From Bryobacterales bacterium (GTDB lineage: Bacteria; Acidobacteriota; Terriglobia; Bryobacterales; UBA6623): a DNA stretch of 64,000 bases. The stretch covers positions 80,031 to 144,030 of the forward strand of contig JAPPMB010000147.1 in the NCBI GenBank assembly GCA_028819255.1. The letters are read 5' to 3'. Shown here piece by piece: positions 45,266 to 55,638 of the stretch (positions are counted from its first letter, which is position 1; each line of letters begins with the position of its first letter). The notes below the pieces were generated by a model. That model was not told where the DNA came from, made no database searches, and worked only from the letters and a program-made list of their open reading frames with translations. The position numbers and the translations under genes are program-made.

Positions 45266-46843
45266 TCACGCCCTGTTGGACGGATCGACGCCAACGTCCG
45301 CGAAGCTTACCTGCTGGCCTCGCCGGATGCGCGAGTCCTTGCGAAACTCGGGCCTCGGTTCTGGGTGGTCCGTGCGGTAGTGGCCTCCGCGGCTCTCCTC
45401 CCGTGCCAGTGCGCAGCGCGCTAGGAGCCGGATGACCTGATACATGTTGTCCCCCTCGAAGCCGTGCCGGCTGTTCCGCCCCAGGCCCTTCTCGAAGAGC
45501 GTGGACAGCAGGTCGAGCTGCTTCAGGCCCTCGCGCAGACTCTCGCCCGACCGGGTGATCCCGGCGTGCCGCCAGGCTAGGTAGCGGAGATTCGAGATCG
45601 CATTCGCGGGCAGCGCGCTGACAGGCCCGCGTCGGCGGATCGGCGGCTTGGCGACCCGGTCCCCGGCATGGTCGCGCATGCTCTCTCCGGCGCGCGCCCC
45701 GAACACCAGTCCCTCCAGAAGGGAATTGCTGGCCAGCCGGTTTGCACCGTGGACTCCGTTGCAGGCGGCTTCGCCGGCGGCATACAGCCGCGGCAGGGTG
45801 GTGGCGCCGTCGAACCCGGTGGCGACGCCCCCCATGGCGTAGTGTGCCGCGGGATGCACGGGGACGGGCTCGACCTCGAGATCCACTCCGTACAGGAGGC
45901 AGGTTCGGTACACGCGGGGGAACCTCTTTCGGACGAATCCGTCCGAAAAGTGCGTCAGGTCCAGATACACGGGCCCCCTGCGCAGCCGGCCGAGCTCGCT
46001 GACGATCGCCCTCGACACGATGTCTCGCGGTGCGAGTTCCTCGCTCTGGTGATACCGCGACATGAAGCGCTGCATGTCGGCGTTGCGCAGGACGGCGCCC
46101 TCGCCGCGAAGCGCCTCCGACAGCAGGAATCGCGGTGCGCCTTCCAGGAACAGTGCCGTCGGGTGGAACTGGACCATTTCCATGTTGGCGATCATGGCCC
46201 CGGCCCGATAGGCCATCGCCACGCCGTCCCCTGTGGCAACATCCGGGTTGGTCGTCTCGCGGTAGATCTGACCCACTCCGCCTGTGGCAATCAGCACAGC
46301 GCGAGCGTGGACGGGAATCAGCGACCGGTCCTCCTCGTTCCAGGCGATGGCCCCGCACACCTCCCCGTCGCGGACCAGCAGTTCGACCACCGAGGAGAAG
46401 CTTCGGAACGAAATGGCCGCAATCGAGCGGGCCTTCTGTAGCAGCGTGCGGGCGATCTCCCTGCCTGTCGAATCGCCGCCGGCGTGCAGTACGCGGCTCA
46501 CGCTGTGGGCTCCCTCGATGGCGAAGGTCAGCCGACCGCCGCGGCTGTCGAACCCCGCGCCCCACTCGATCAGCCTCTGGATCCTCCCGGGACCCGCCTC
46601 GACGAGTTCCCTGACTGCTCTCGGGTCGCAAAGGCCCGCTCCCGCCAGGAGGGTGTCCTGCTCGTGGAGGCGAACCTCGTCCTCGTCGCTCAGCGCGACC
46701 GCCACCCCTCCCTGGGAGTACTCGGTGGCAGACTCGGTCAGGTGGTCCTTGGTCAGGACCAGCACGCGGCCGGCGGCGGCGGCCTCGATCGCGGCGCTGA
46801 GGCCAGCCACGCCCGCCCCGATGATCAGGAAATCGGTCTCCAT
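45266..46843 (-). CDS. nadB: L-aspartate oxidase
   Basis: The ATG at 46843 gives METDFLIIGAGVAGLSAAIEAA. YSQGGVAVAL, HPTAL, RGEGAVLRN and the C-terminal ESRGGHYRTD follow. Confidence 0.9.
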   Translation of the reverse strand: METDFLIIGAGVAGLSAAIEAAAAGRVLVLTKDHLTESATEYSQGGVAVALSDEDEVRLHEQDTLLAGAGLCDPRAVRELVEAGPGRIQRLIEWGAGFDSRGGRLTFAIEGAHSVSRVLHAGGDSTGREIARTLLQKARSIAAISFRSFSSVVELLVRDGEVCGAIAWNEEDRSLIPVHARAVLIATGGVGQIYRETTNPDVATGDGVAMAYRAGAMIANMEMVQFHPTALFLEGAPRFLLSEALRGEGAVLRNADMQRFMSRYHQSEELAPRDIVSRAIVSELGRLRRGPVYLDLTHFSDGFVRKRFPRVYRTCLLYGVDLEVEPVPVHPAAHYAMGGVATGFDGATTLPRLYAAGEAACNGVHGANRLASNSLLEGLVFGARAGESMRDHAGDRVAKPPIRRRGPVSALPANAISNLRYLAWRHAGITRSGESLREGLKQLDLLSTLFEKGLGRNSRHGFEGDNMYQVIRLLARCALAREESRGGHYRTDHPEPRPEFRKDSRIRRGQQVSFADVGVDPSNRA

Positions 46844-46931
46844 GTCTTGCCGGGCGGCGGCTTGCGCCGGACTCCGCGTGAGCGGGAAAGCCCCGGAAGC
46901 CTGCCGCAGAGGGTCATGGTACAAGGGACTC

Positions 46932-48041
46932 ATGCGGCTCGTCCGGGTTCAAGCCGGCGGCGGTGCGTACGACGTTCGCATCGAGGTCGGCGGTCTGGCC
47001 CGCGTTGGTGAGGCGGCTGAGGCCGTGCTGGGCGGGCGCAGGCTCTTCGTGGTCGCGGACGAAACGGTCTGGACCAGTCTCGGCAGCCGCGTCAGGCCGG
47101 GGCTCGATGGACGCGATTGGACGTTGCTCTCGACTCCGCTGGGAGAGCCGCGAAAGCGCCTCGAGACGGTCGAGAGCCTCTGCTCCGCGATGCACGCGGC
47201 CGAAGCAGATCGCCGGAGCGCCGTTGTGGCCCTCGGAGGCGGCGTGGCCGGTGATGTCGCCGGTTTCGTGGCGGCGTCGTACATGCGCGGGATCGATGTG
47301 ATCCAGGTCCCGACGACGCTTCTCGCGCAGGTCGACGCATCGGTCGGGGGCAAGACCGGCGTGAACCTCGCAAGCGGCAAGAATCTCGTCGGGGCTTTCC
47401 ACCAGCCGCGTCTGGTCCTGATCGACCCCCAGTCGCTGGACACTCTCCCCGACCGCGAGTACAGGGCCGGCCTCCAGGAGGTCATCAAGCACGGGATCAT
47501 CCGCAGCGAGTCCCTGTTCGAATTCATGGAGCGGTCCCGGCGCAGCGTCATGGAGCGGGATCAGGCGGCGGTGGAGCGCATGATTGAGGATTCGGTGCGG
47601 ATCAAGGCTGCGGTAGTGGAGGAGGACGAACGTGAAGGCGGCCTGAGGCGGATCCTGAATTTCGGACATACCCTCGGCCACGCACTCGAGGCCGAGACCG
47701 GGTACCGAGTTCTCCTTCACGGCGAGGCGGTGGCCTTCGGCATGGTCGCGGCCGCCCGGCTTTCCGAGCTGCGGGGCAGGCTGGCACGGCCGGACCGGGA
47801 GCGGGTTGAACGGCTCGTCCTTGACTACGCCGAATTTCCGGCTGTCGAGAGGTTGGATGCGCGACGGGTGGCCGCGAGGATCGGCGGGGACAAGAAATCG
47901 GTCGGCGGACGGGCAAGATTCGTTCTCGCGGACGGGATCGGACGCGTGAGCGAGGAACTGGACCCTCCGCTGCGGGATGTCGTCGAGGCCACCGAGCATG
48001 CGATCCGCGTTTGTGTCCCTCGCTCCATGGCAGCGGTGTAG
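46932..48041 (+). CDS. aroB: 3-dehydroquinate synthase
   Basis: The ATG at 46932 gives MRLVRVQAGGGAYDVRI. ALGGGVAGDVAGFVAASYMRGIDVIQVPTTLLAQVDASVGGKTGVN and NFGHTLGHALE follow. Confidence 0.9.
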   Translation: MRLVRVQAGGGAYDVRIEVGGLARVGEAAEAVLGGRRLFVVADETVWTSLGSRVRPGLDGRDWTLLSTPLGEPRKRLETVESLCSAMHAAEADRRSAVVALGGGVAGDVAGFVAASYMRGIDVIQVPTTLLAQVDASVGGKTGVNLASGKNLVGAFHQPRLVLIDPQSLDTLPDREYRAGLQEVIKHGIIRSESLFEFMERSRRSVMERDQAAVERMIEDSVRIKAAVVEEDEREGGLRRILNFGHTLGHALEAETGYRVLLHGEAVAFGMVAAARLSELRGRLARPDRERVERLVLDYAEFPAVERLDARRVAARIGGDKKSVGGRARFVLADGIGRVSEELDPPLRDVVEATEHAIRVCVPRSMAAV

Positions 48042-48044
48042 GGA

Positions 48045-48821
48045 GTGAGCCGGCACCCAACGGCGCGGGGCGCCATGCCCGCGGGCATCGAGCCGGGAGA
48101 CCCGGCCGAGGCATCACGCGCAGTGCGCGAGATGTTCGGACGCGTGGCGCCCAGGTACGACCTGCTCAACCACCTTCTCTCGGCCCAGATCGACCGCTAC
48201 TGGCGCTGGAGGCTGGTTCGGGAGGTCCGGCCGTACCTGCAGCGGCCCGGAGCGCGCATTGCCGACCTCTGCTGTGGCACCGGCGATCTGGCGCTCGCGC
48301 TCGAGCACGAACGCCGCCGCGCGCGACCGGGACGAACGCCGGCGGTGCTCGGATCGGATTTCTGCCGACCGATGCTGCGCCGCGCGGCCGGCAAGGCCCG
48401 TCGCGCCGGACTGGGCACGGTCCTCACAGAGGCCGACGCCTCCCGGATGCCGATGGCCGACGCCAGTCTGGACCTGATCACGATCGGCTTCGGATTCCGG
48501 AATCTGGCGAGCTACCGGTCGGGCGCCGAGGAGTTCGCACGCCTGCTCGCGTCCGGCGGCTGCCTCGCCATCCTCGAGTTCTCCCGACCAGCCTCGAGAC
48601 TCTGGGGCGGCGCGTTCAATGTGTATTTCCGGCATGTTCTGCCGCGCCTCGGCAACGCCATCTCGGGAAGCGGCGGAGCGTACTCGTACCTGCACGATTC
48701 CGTCGTCGACTTCCCGGAACCGGACCAGGTCCGGGCGCTGCTTGTCGATGCCGGCTTCGCCCGTGTCAGCCTTCGCGCGCTGACCGGAGGCGTGGCCGTG
48801 CTGTATCTTGCGTACAGATAG
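48045..48821 (+). CDS. ubiE: demethylmenaquinone/ubiquinone C-methyltransferase
   Basis: FGRVAPRYDLLNHLLSAQIDRYWR, the SAM motif DLCCGTGDL, ITIGFGFRN and the C-terminal AYSYL..S are present. Confidence 0.88.
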   Translation: MSRHPTARGAMPAGIEPGDPAEASRAVREMFGRVAPRYDLLNHLLSAQIDRYWRWRLVREVRPYLQRPGARIADLCCGTGDLALALEHERRRARPGRTPAVLGSDFCRPMLRRAAGKARRAGLGTVLTEADASRMPMADASLDLITIGFGFRNLASYRSGAEEFARLLASGGCLAILEFSRPASRLWGGAFNVYFRHVLPRLGNAISGSGGAYSYLHDSVVDFPEPDQVRALLVDAGFARVSLRALTGGVAVLYLAYR

Positions 48822-48838
48822 CAGCGGGAGGCGCACCA

Positions 48839-49525
48839 ATGGAGACGAAATTCACGGACTCGGAGTGGTTCTACTGGGTGCGGCTCAGCGTCAAGGTCGC
48901 GGTGGTTGTGGGTGTGGTGTACGTTGCCTATCACTTCTACGAGCGAAGCCGCATCGCCAACATGGGCCGGGAACCCGAGGTCAAGAGAATCGAGCTGCCC
49001 AAGGACGTTTTCGCGTTCGTGCCGAAGTCCAATGTGACCGACCTCGCGGCCGCGCGCCGCAAGCTCGTGGGCAAGCCTCTGTGGGTCAAGGAGGGCTACC
49101 GCTGGAGCTACGAGCCCGGCGGCCGGCTGTTCGGCCCGATCGAGCAGATCGTTCCTACGTCAGTGGAGGCGCGGGGACGCGAGGCGGTGATCGCCTTCGA
49201 CAAGGATGGCGGGAAGGCGACATTCGTGATCGGCACGCCCGACCGGGTCTTCGTCGACGACATCTTCTTCGTCAAGGATCCCCGGGAGATCTACGACCAC
49301 TGGACCGACGAGATGTGGGCGGCCGCCGGGAACGGACAAGCAGAAATCGGGATGAGCGAGATCCAGATCGGATTCGCCCTTGGGGTCGGCGAGACCGTCC
49401 GGCAGTCGCCCGGCGGGACGACCCGCATCGTGGACTACCGGCAATGCCGCGAAGCCGGACTGGATCCGGTTCGAGTGACCTACCGCCACCACGTCGCGAC
49501 CGCCATCGAGCCGATCACAAATTGA
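48839..49525 (+). CDS. hypothetical membrane-anchored protein
   Basis: The ATG gives METKFTDSEWFYWVRLSVKVAVVVGVVYVAYHFY (one TM). A ~190-aa domain of ordinary composition follows. No family was recognised. Confidence 0.55.
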   Translation: METKFTDSEWFYWVRLSVKVAVVVGVVYVAYHFYERSRIANMGREPEVKRIELPKDVFAFVPKSNVTDLAAARRKLVGKPLWVKEGYRWSYEPGGRLFGPIEQIVPTSVEARGREAVIAFDKDGGKATFVIGTPDRVFVDDIFFVKDPREIYDHWTDEMWAAAGNGQAEIGMSEIQIGFALGVGETVRQSPGGTTRIVDYRQCREAGLDPVRVTYRHHVATAIEPITN

Positions 49526-49665
49526 GCGCCGGCGGCAAGACCGGGATGGCGGAACCTCCCAATGAAGGAGGTCGCCCCAGGATCCCCGGTGTCCGTGCTG
49601 ACGCGGAATTCGATCGAACTCGCTGGGCCGCGGCAGGCCGGAATCGGTTCGGGGTCCGCCCGGGC

Positions 49666-52600
49666 ATGAGAGTCTCCGCGGCGACGAAACCAGGAGCGGT
49701 TCACGCCTCCGTCGCGGCCCGCCGTGCACAACGGAAAGCACTCCCGGCAGGGATAGACAGGAGGGGCGCCGGCCCCGGCAGGAGAACGAGCCACCGCGGA
49801 ATCGTCCCGGGCCTGCTGGCAGTTGCAGCCATGCTCGCCTGCGGCACGCGAGAGTCCGGGCCGCTGTCGCCAGGCCAGGCCCTCCGGACCTTCCGGATCG
49901 CAGAGGGATTCCGGCTCGAGCTCTTCGCCGCAGAACCGCACGTCGTCGATCCGGTTGAGATGGTCTTCGACGAATCCGGCGGCGTCTTTGTCGCCGAGCT
50001 GCTCGACAATCCCGACGACCCGCCCGAAGGCGAAGCCCCCCTGAGCCGGATCAAGCATCTGGAGGACACGGACGGCGACGGACGGATCGACACGCACACC
50101 GTGTTTGCCGATCGCCTGCTCGCCGTAGAGGGCATTGCTCCGTGGAAGGGAGGGCTCATCGTCACCGCGGCACCCGACATTCTCTATCTCAAGGACGTGG
50201 ACGGAGACCGCAAGGCGGATGTGCGGGAGGTGCTCTACACCGGCTTCGCCCTGGCCCACGTGGAAGGGAGGCTCAGCAACCCCAGGCTCGGCATGGACAA
50301 CTGGTTCTACGTCGTCAACAACTCATACCCGGGGGAGGTCGTCTCCCCGCAGCGCCCCGACGATCCGCCGGTCAGCGTCCGCAGCCGCGAATTCCGCTTC
50401 CATCCGCTGCGCGGGCTGGCGGAGGCGTCCACCGGAGGCGCACAGTTCGGGCAGACGTACAGCCAGTGGGGGCACTGGTTCATCTCGCACAACACCGTGC
50501 ATCTGCGCCACACGGTGATCCCTCCCGGCTACCTTGACCGGAACCCGTTCCTGCCGGTCGAGAGCACGGCGCATGACATCTCCGACCACGGGCGCCCCGC
50601 GGCGGCGGTCTTTCCGATCAGCAGGCCGCAACAGTGGCGAATCGACCGGACCCGGGCACGTCAGGCGCGCTACGACGAGACCCAGCCCGGGCGGGTGGAG
50701 CAGCTGGAGGGATTCTTCACGGCGTCGAGCGGCGCGACCGTCTATCTCGGGGATGCATTTCCCGAGGAATTCGCCGGCAGGGTGTTCGTCGGCGAAGGGG
50801 CGGGGAACCTCGTGCATTGCGACATCGTCGCCCCGGCCGGCCCAACCTACACGGCTTCCCGATGGCCCGCGACCTCGGACTTCCTCGCCTCGACCGACAC
50901 CTGGTTCCGCCCCGTGAACTTCGCCAACGCGCCGGACGGAAACCTGTACGTGGTCGACTACTACCGGCAGTACCTCGAGCATCCGATGTTCATTCCCGAT
51001 GCGGTCAAGCGGCGGCTGGCCATGGACTTTCGCGCCGGGGACACGATGGGGAGGATCTACCGGATCGTCGCGGACGGGCCGCGAGTCCGCCGTGCTCCGA
51101 CGGTCGATCTCGCCTCAGCTCCCGCCGAGGACCTGGTCGCCCTGGTCGAGCATCCCAACGGCTGGCACCGGCGGACCGCGCACAGACTCCTCGTGGAGCG
51201 ACAGGATGCTTCCGTGGCCCCGCAATTGCAGGTCGTTGCGCAGGAGAGTCTCCGCCCAAGCGCCCGGCTGCACGCCCTGTGGATCCTGGAGGGGCTTGAC
51301 CGCCTTGACGCGGAGATGGTGGAGGCAGCCCTGACAGACCGGCATCCGGCTGTCAGGGAGCACGCAATTCGGCTGGCCGAGACCTATCCGCCTCAGCTGG
51401 AGCAAAGGATCCTCGCGGCGACGGGAGACGAGTCTCCGCGAGTCGCCTTGCAGGCGGTGCTCTCGGCGGGCGGCCTTCCCAGATCGGGCCGCGTGATCGA
51501 AGCGGTCGCCAAAGTGCTCTTGAGGCATCCGCAGGATCCGTGGTTCCGCCTCGCCGCGCTCAGTGCGCCGCCGGAGTTTGCGGCACCCGTTCTCGACCAG
51601 CTGGTGTCTCGCTCCTACTTCTCCGATGCTGTTTCTGACGGCCGGCGGGGCCTGCTGCGGGCCTTCGCCAGGACGATCGCGGCCGGCCGCCGTCCGACGG
51701 ATCTCGACCGGATGTCCGGATGGCTCGACACGGAACTGCGCCGGGTTGAGTGGAAGACATCGGTTCTGCGCGGCATGGCGGACGGCCTCGCCATGCGCAA
51801 GGGCAGCCGCCTGACCGGCACCGGAACCAGTCGGATGCTGGAGCTGCTCCTGAGCGACCGGTCTGCCGACGTGCGCGAGGCGGCGGCCGCCATCGCACGG
51901 CACTTCGATCTCGGATCCCGGCTCCAGCAGGCACTTGCTGACGCTGCGGACGGCGGGACCCCCGTACCACGCCGCCTTCTGGCCGTTCGCGTGCTGCAGG
52001 GCGGCGACTACGGGCAGGTGGCGGGAGTTCTCAGGGCCGTCCTCTCCGCGGCCGGCGATGCGGACTTGCGCACTGCGGCGGCGGCCTCCCTCGCGTCCTT
52101 CGACGACCCCGACGTCTCAAGGGCTCTGCTCGACCCGTGGAGCACCTATGCTCCTTCCACACGGGACGCCGTGTCCGAACTCCTCATCCGGCGTCGAGAT
52201 CTTGCACTGGCACTTGCTTCGGCGCTTGCCGAGGGACGTGTCAGGGAGCCGGAAATTCCCGCGGTGACACGGATCCGCCTTGCGAACCACCCCGACGAGG
52301 AGATTCGAGGCCGCCTCAGAGGCCTCCTCCGGACGCGGGCATCCGGAAGGGACGAGACCGTCCAGGACCACCTCGGTGTGATTGACCTCGCTGGCGAGCC
52401 GGCCCGCGGCGAGATCGCCTTCGAACGGGAGTGCGCGAACTGCCACCTCCGTCGCGGGTCGCGGGGACGGATCGGCCCGGACCTTTCGGGAGTGAGCAAC
52501 CGGAGCAGGGAGATGCTGCTCACCAGCATTCTCGACCCCAGCCGGTCAATCGAGGACCGCTACCGCAACTACCTAGTCGAGACCTCCGGGGGGCACTTCC

Positions 52601-52794
52601 ACGACGGGCTTCTGGTGGCCGAGACGGCGGCGCTCGTCACACTGAGGGGCGAAGCAGAGGATGTGACCGTGATGAAGACCGACATCATCGACATGCGGGT
52701 CTCGGAGGTTTCTCTGATGCCCGAAGGGATCGAGGACGTTCTCACCGACCAGGAGCTTGCGGATGTGATCGCATACCTTCGCGCGGGGCTCTGA
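49666..52794 (+). CDS. PVC-type haem-binding protein (putative membrane-bound dehydrogenase domain + HEAT repeats + C-terminal cytochrome c)
   Basis: A lipobox-like AAMLAC is followed by FRIAEGFRLELFAAEPHVVDPVEMVFDESGGVFVAE...DTDGDGRID...DVDGDRKAD, HEAT-like repeats (HPNGWHRRTAHRLL..) and CANCH with the distal ligand region SLMPEG. The start codon is uncertain. The first 286 codons of track ORF 48808..52794 are rejected. Confidence 0.8.
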   Translation: MRVSAATKPGAVHASVAARRAQRKALPAGIDRRGAGPGRRTSHRGIVPGLLAVAAMLACGTRESGPLSPGQALRTFRIAEGFRLELFAAEPHVVDPVEMVFDESGGVFVAELLDNPDDPPEGEAPLSRIKHLEDTDGDGRIDTHTVFADRLLAVEGIAPWKGGLIVTAAPDILYLKDVDGDRKADVREVLYTGFALAHVEGRLSNPRLGMDNWFYVVNNSYPGEVVSPQRPDDPPVSVRSREFRFHPLRGLAEASTGGAQFGQTYSQWGHWFISHNTVHLRHTVIPPGYLDRNPFLPVESTAHDISDHGRPAAAVFPISRPQQWRIDRTRARQARYDETQPGRVEQLEGFFTASSGATVYLGDAFPEEFAGRVFVGEGAGNLVHCDIVAPAGPTYTASRWPATSDFLASTDTWFRPVNFANAPDGNLYVVDYYRQYLEHPMFIPDAVKRRLAMDFRAGDTMGRIYRIVADGPRVRRAPTVDLASAPAEDLVALVEHPNGWHRRTAHRLLVERQDASVAPQLQVVAQESLRPSARLHALWILEGLDRLDAEMVEAALTDRHPAVREHAIRLAETYPPQLEQRILAATGDESPRVALQAVLSAGGLPRSGRVIEAVAKVLLRHPQDPWFRLAALSAPPEFAAPVLDQLVSRSYFSDAVSDGRRGLLRAFARTIAAGRRPTDLDRMSGWLDTELRRVEWKTSVLRGMADGLAMRKGSRLTGTGTSRMLELLLSDRSADVREAAAAIARHFDLGSRLQQALADAADGGTPVPRRLLAVRVLQGGDYGQVAGVLRAVLSAAGDADLRTAAAASLASFDDPDVSRALLDPWSTYAPSTRDAVSELLIRRRDLALALASALAEGRVREPEIPAVTRIRLANHPDEEIRGRLRGLLRTRASGRDETVQDHLGVIDLAGEPARGEIAFERECANCHLRRGSRGRIGPDLSGVSNRSREMLLTSILDPSRSIEDRYRNYLVETSGGHFHDGLLVAETAALVTLRGEAEDVTVMKTDIIDMRVSEVSLMPEGIEDVLTDQELADVIAYLRAGL

Positions 52795-53428
52795 CAGGTC
52801 GCAGCCGACCGGAACTGCCCGTTCCAGTGGTCTTGCCTCGGCGGGGACCTGTCGCCGTGGGGCGACCAACGTTTGCCCTTCCAGGATCGAGAAATGCCGC
52901 CGTGATCGGGTTGGATCGCGTCTTGACGTGAACCTGTGTCCTGCAAGGGGGTCGGTGCTCAGCGGCACGGTGTTGAGCAATGTTGTCGATCAGCTGCGTG
53001 GTTAGGGGCAGCGGTTGGAGGCAACTTGATGACCCGTCGATGGAACTTCAGCGATTGCGTCGCGCCGAGTAGGCCCATTGATGGCGGGCATCGACGCTCC
53101 AATGCTCCCGAGTTGCTCGGGACCCGGTTCCAGAGCGCCGTTTCACCCCGGAACCAACAAGCCCGTCACTAACGCTAAGGCGCGCATCGATCTCTTGGTC
53201 AGAGCCATCGCGGATCGAGATGAATGATGGCCATCCCGACACCAGCCCTCAGCGCAATGCGGGTCTTCGAGCCCTGGGAATTCGTGCGAGCCGAGCGGGA
53301 GGCTGGTCGGTGCCGCTACGCGGGCCGCCAATCGCACGAACCGCCGCTCCGACAGACCCGCGATTGCGTTCCAAGCCGGGTGGGTTCCGGCCTGCCGCCC
53401 GAAGTCCGGACGCGGTCAGGCGCACCCG

Positions 53429-55558
53429 TCAGCCGACGAGCGTCTTCTGAGGCCTCGGCATCCGCATTGCCTTGCCAAGCCTTTTCCTCTCCGTTGGCTC
53501 CAGCCGATCCTGAATGCCTTCCGGGCGGAGCTGCATCAGCTTCTCCGCCCTGGTCAGCCATTGCAAATCGACCTTCGCCCGGCCGCTGGTTTGCGGCGAG
53601 GCCTTCTCGTATCTCTCCTGCCTCGCGCCAGTTGCGGAGGGCGGCTCGGGGCAAGCCCGCCTCCTCGAACGCCGCTGCCGCTTGTGCGTGGCGCCCGAAC
53701 CCTTCCGAGACAATTGCCGCCTGTCGAGGTTCGGGAGACTCCATGCGCGCCAACATCTGGCTGGCGGTCTTGAAGTCGGTTGCGTCCGTCAGCACGTCCA
53801 GCGTGACGTTGCGCAGGCGCCGGGCTTCCTCGCCCGCGTCGCCCATGAACCCGGCGACTTCCGGGATGCCTTCGACGTCGCCGGTGAAGCGGTGTGCGGA
53901 AACTGCATCTCCTGCAGTATTTCGGATCGCCCGCCGCAATTGCTGCTGCACGGCCGGAAGGGCCGCATCCAGCCAGGCGCCGTCCAGTTCGAGCCCGGCC
54001 TCGAGCAGGTCGAGGGGCTATCCCGTCCGATCGGCGCTCCACAGGGCCAGCTCCCTCACCACCTTGAACTGCTTCGGACTCCCCCATGCCTGGGTCACGG
54101 CCTCTGCAGTCTGCGATATCGTGCCGCGCATCGCCCCCTCGAGGCCGTCCTCCGCCAATCGACGCGCGCCGATGCCAAGCACCGTGAGGCAGTCCTCGTC
54201 CTAGACCGACTGGCCGTCGACGAGCGCACGGCCATCACCCGCGCCAAGGAGTCGCAACGCCTGCACCGCCCTCTCCCACGCGCGTTCTAGCGGAGCGTCG
54301 GGCAGCGTCCTCGCGTCGTTGGTCCGCGTGTCGATCCGCTCGTCAGGGGGATAGTCGGCGTCCTCGAACAGCTTGAGGAGGTCGCCTGCAGTGAAGCGCT
54401 CGGCGGTGCACCGCAGTTCCAGGCAGAGTTGACGAGCTCTGTCGTCGGGTGCGACATCGACCAGGATCAGGTTCTCTTCTCGGTGGCGCGGCTAAATGCG
54501 ACGCGCAGGCGGTTGATCGCCGTGCGCCGCATATGGATCTCCAGCGGGTCCTGACCGTCCACGCTGCGCCGCAGTCGCGTGAGAACCGATCCCAGGTCAA
54601 GTACGCAGACGGAGGAGGGTTCGAGCGCCTTGGCCTCTTCCGGCGTGAGGACGGCGCTGCGGTGTTGCGGCGGCATCCAGTCGGGCACGGTGCTCTCGGG
54701 AGTCACCATCGCGATGTCGTCCAGGTCACCGAGTCCGGCCACGAGACTTCGGGCCTAAGCACGGTTCTCGATCTCTGTGTAGATGAGACGGGAGTCGACC
54801 CGCGAAGCGCCGTCGCGTTCCATCATCTGGCTCCGCTGGTCGACGGGGCGAGAGCCCTTGCGGATCACGGTGTAGAGAACCGAGGCGCGCTCGACAACCC
54901 CCGCGACCGGGCCAGGACTGCGCACGTTGTATTCGAGATTGAACTCCTCCGGCGCGGTCAGCCAATCGTGCAGCAGCTTGTTGAGGCGTCCGGCGTGGAA
55001 TCCGGAGGGACGCACGGTCTGTCCATTGTCGAAGGCCAGCAGCAGCCAGGGCGCATGGCCGCGTCTCGCGGCCAGGACCCGGCAGTACTGGGCCACAACC
55101 GCCGCTAGAGGTAGTAGTGCATGCCGTGATGGCCGCCCAGCGGCGTTCGCCGCCACCGGCTGTTTACGGGGTCGCTGCACCCCTTCGCCATCGTGCTGCG
55201 CCCCGGGGCAGCCACCTGCTGGACAACGATCGAGAGCCGCTTGCTGATTCGGGGTCGGTTCTCGATTTCGTCGAGAATCTCATGGTGCAGCCGCTGCCCC
55301 TCCTCTGGCACCGCCTAGAAGATACAGGGTGGCCTCCCCAATGACCAGACGCCTCTCGCTCGCGACGCACGGAGTGTCCAAGGCAGACAACTGAGATCAG
55401 CACCTGGCCGGCCGCGTCGGGCAGATTCGCGCGAGGAGCCCGCCGAGGCCCAGGTTCGTCATGTGGCGGTCGGGAGGCTCCACAAGCGATCGACGGGACG
55501 GGATCTGCGCTTCTGCTTCGAGCGCCGCAAGCGCCGCAGCGTGTCGCGAGCGAACCAT
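53429..55558 (-). pseudogene. SF1B (Upf1/AAA_11-AAA_12-like) helicase-related pseudogene with helical C-terminal extension
   Basis: The reading frame is broken into at least six pieces. Degenerate helicase motifs are present: ILDEIEN (II), LLLAFDNGQTVRP (III), AINRLRVAFSRATEK/NLILVDV (VI). There are clean in-frame TAGs at 54755, 54201 and 54018, further stops at 55397 and 55105, and frame changes near 55105-55320, 54470 and 53640. Confidence 0.65.
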
Positions 55559-55638
55559 GCCATGGCCGGAGTCAATCGAAATCGAGTGCCCGCCCCCCGG
55601 AACTACACTGTGGGCAGCCGCAACCACGCGGACTTGCC

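Noticed and set aside
48808-49665. First ~286 codons of the 1328-aa track ORF 48808..52794
   Set aside because: It has junk composition (runs of R/G/D) and overlaps the well-formed 228-aa ORF 48839..49525 in another frame. The recognisable haem-protein sequence starts after about 49666.
54018-55317. Possibility that the repeated in-frame TAG codons reflect amber recoding (pyrrolysine or read-through) rather than decay
   Set aside because: TAG is used as an ordinary terminator by intact genes in the same window, such as ubiE at 48819 and the MFP gene at 18070. The locus also has TGA stops and multiple frameshifts. In GC-rich codon usage, CAG/GAG/TCG/TGG/TAC to TAG is the most likely nonsense route.
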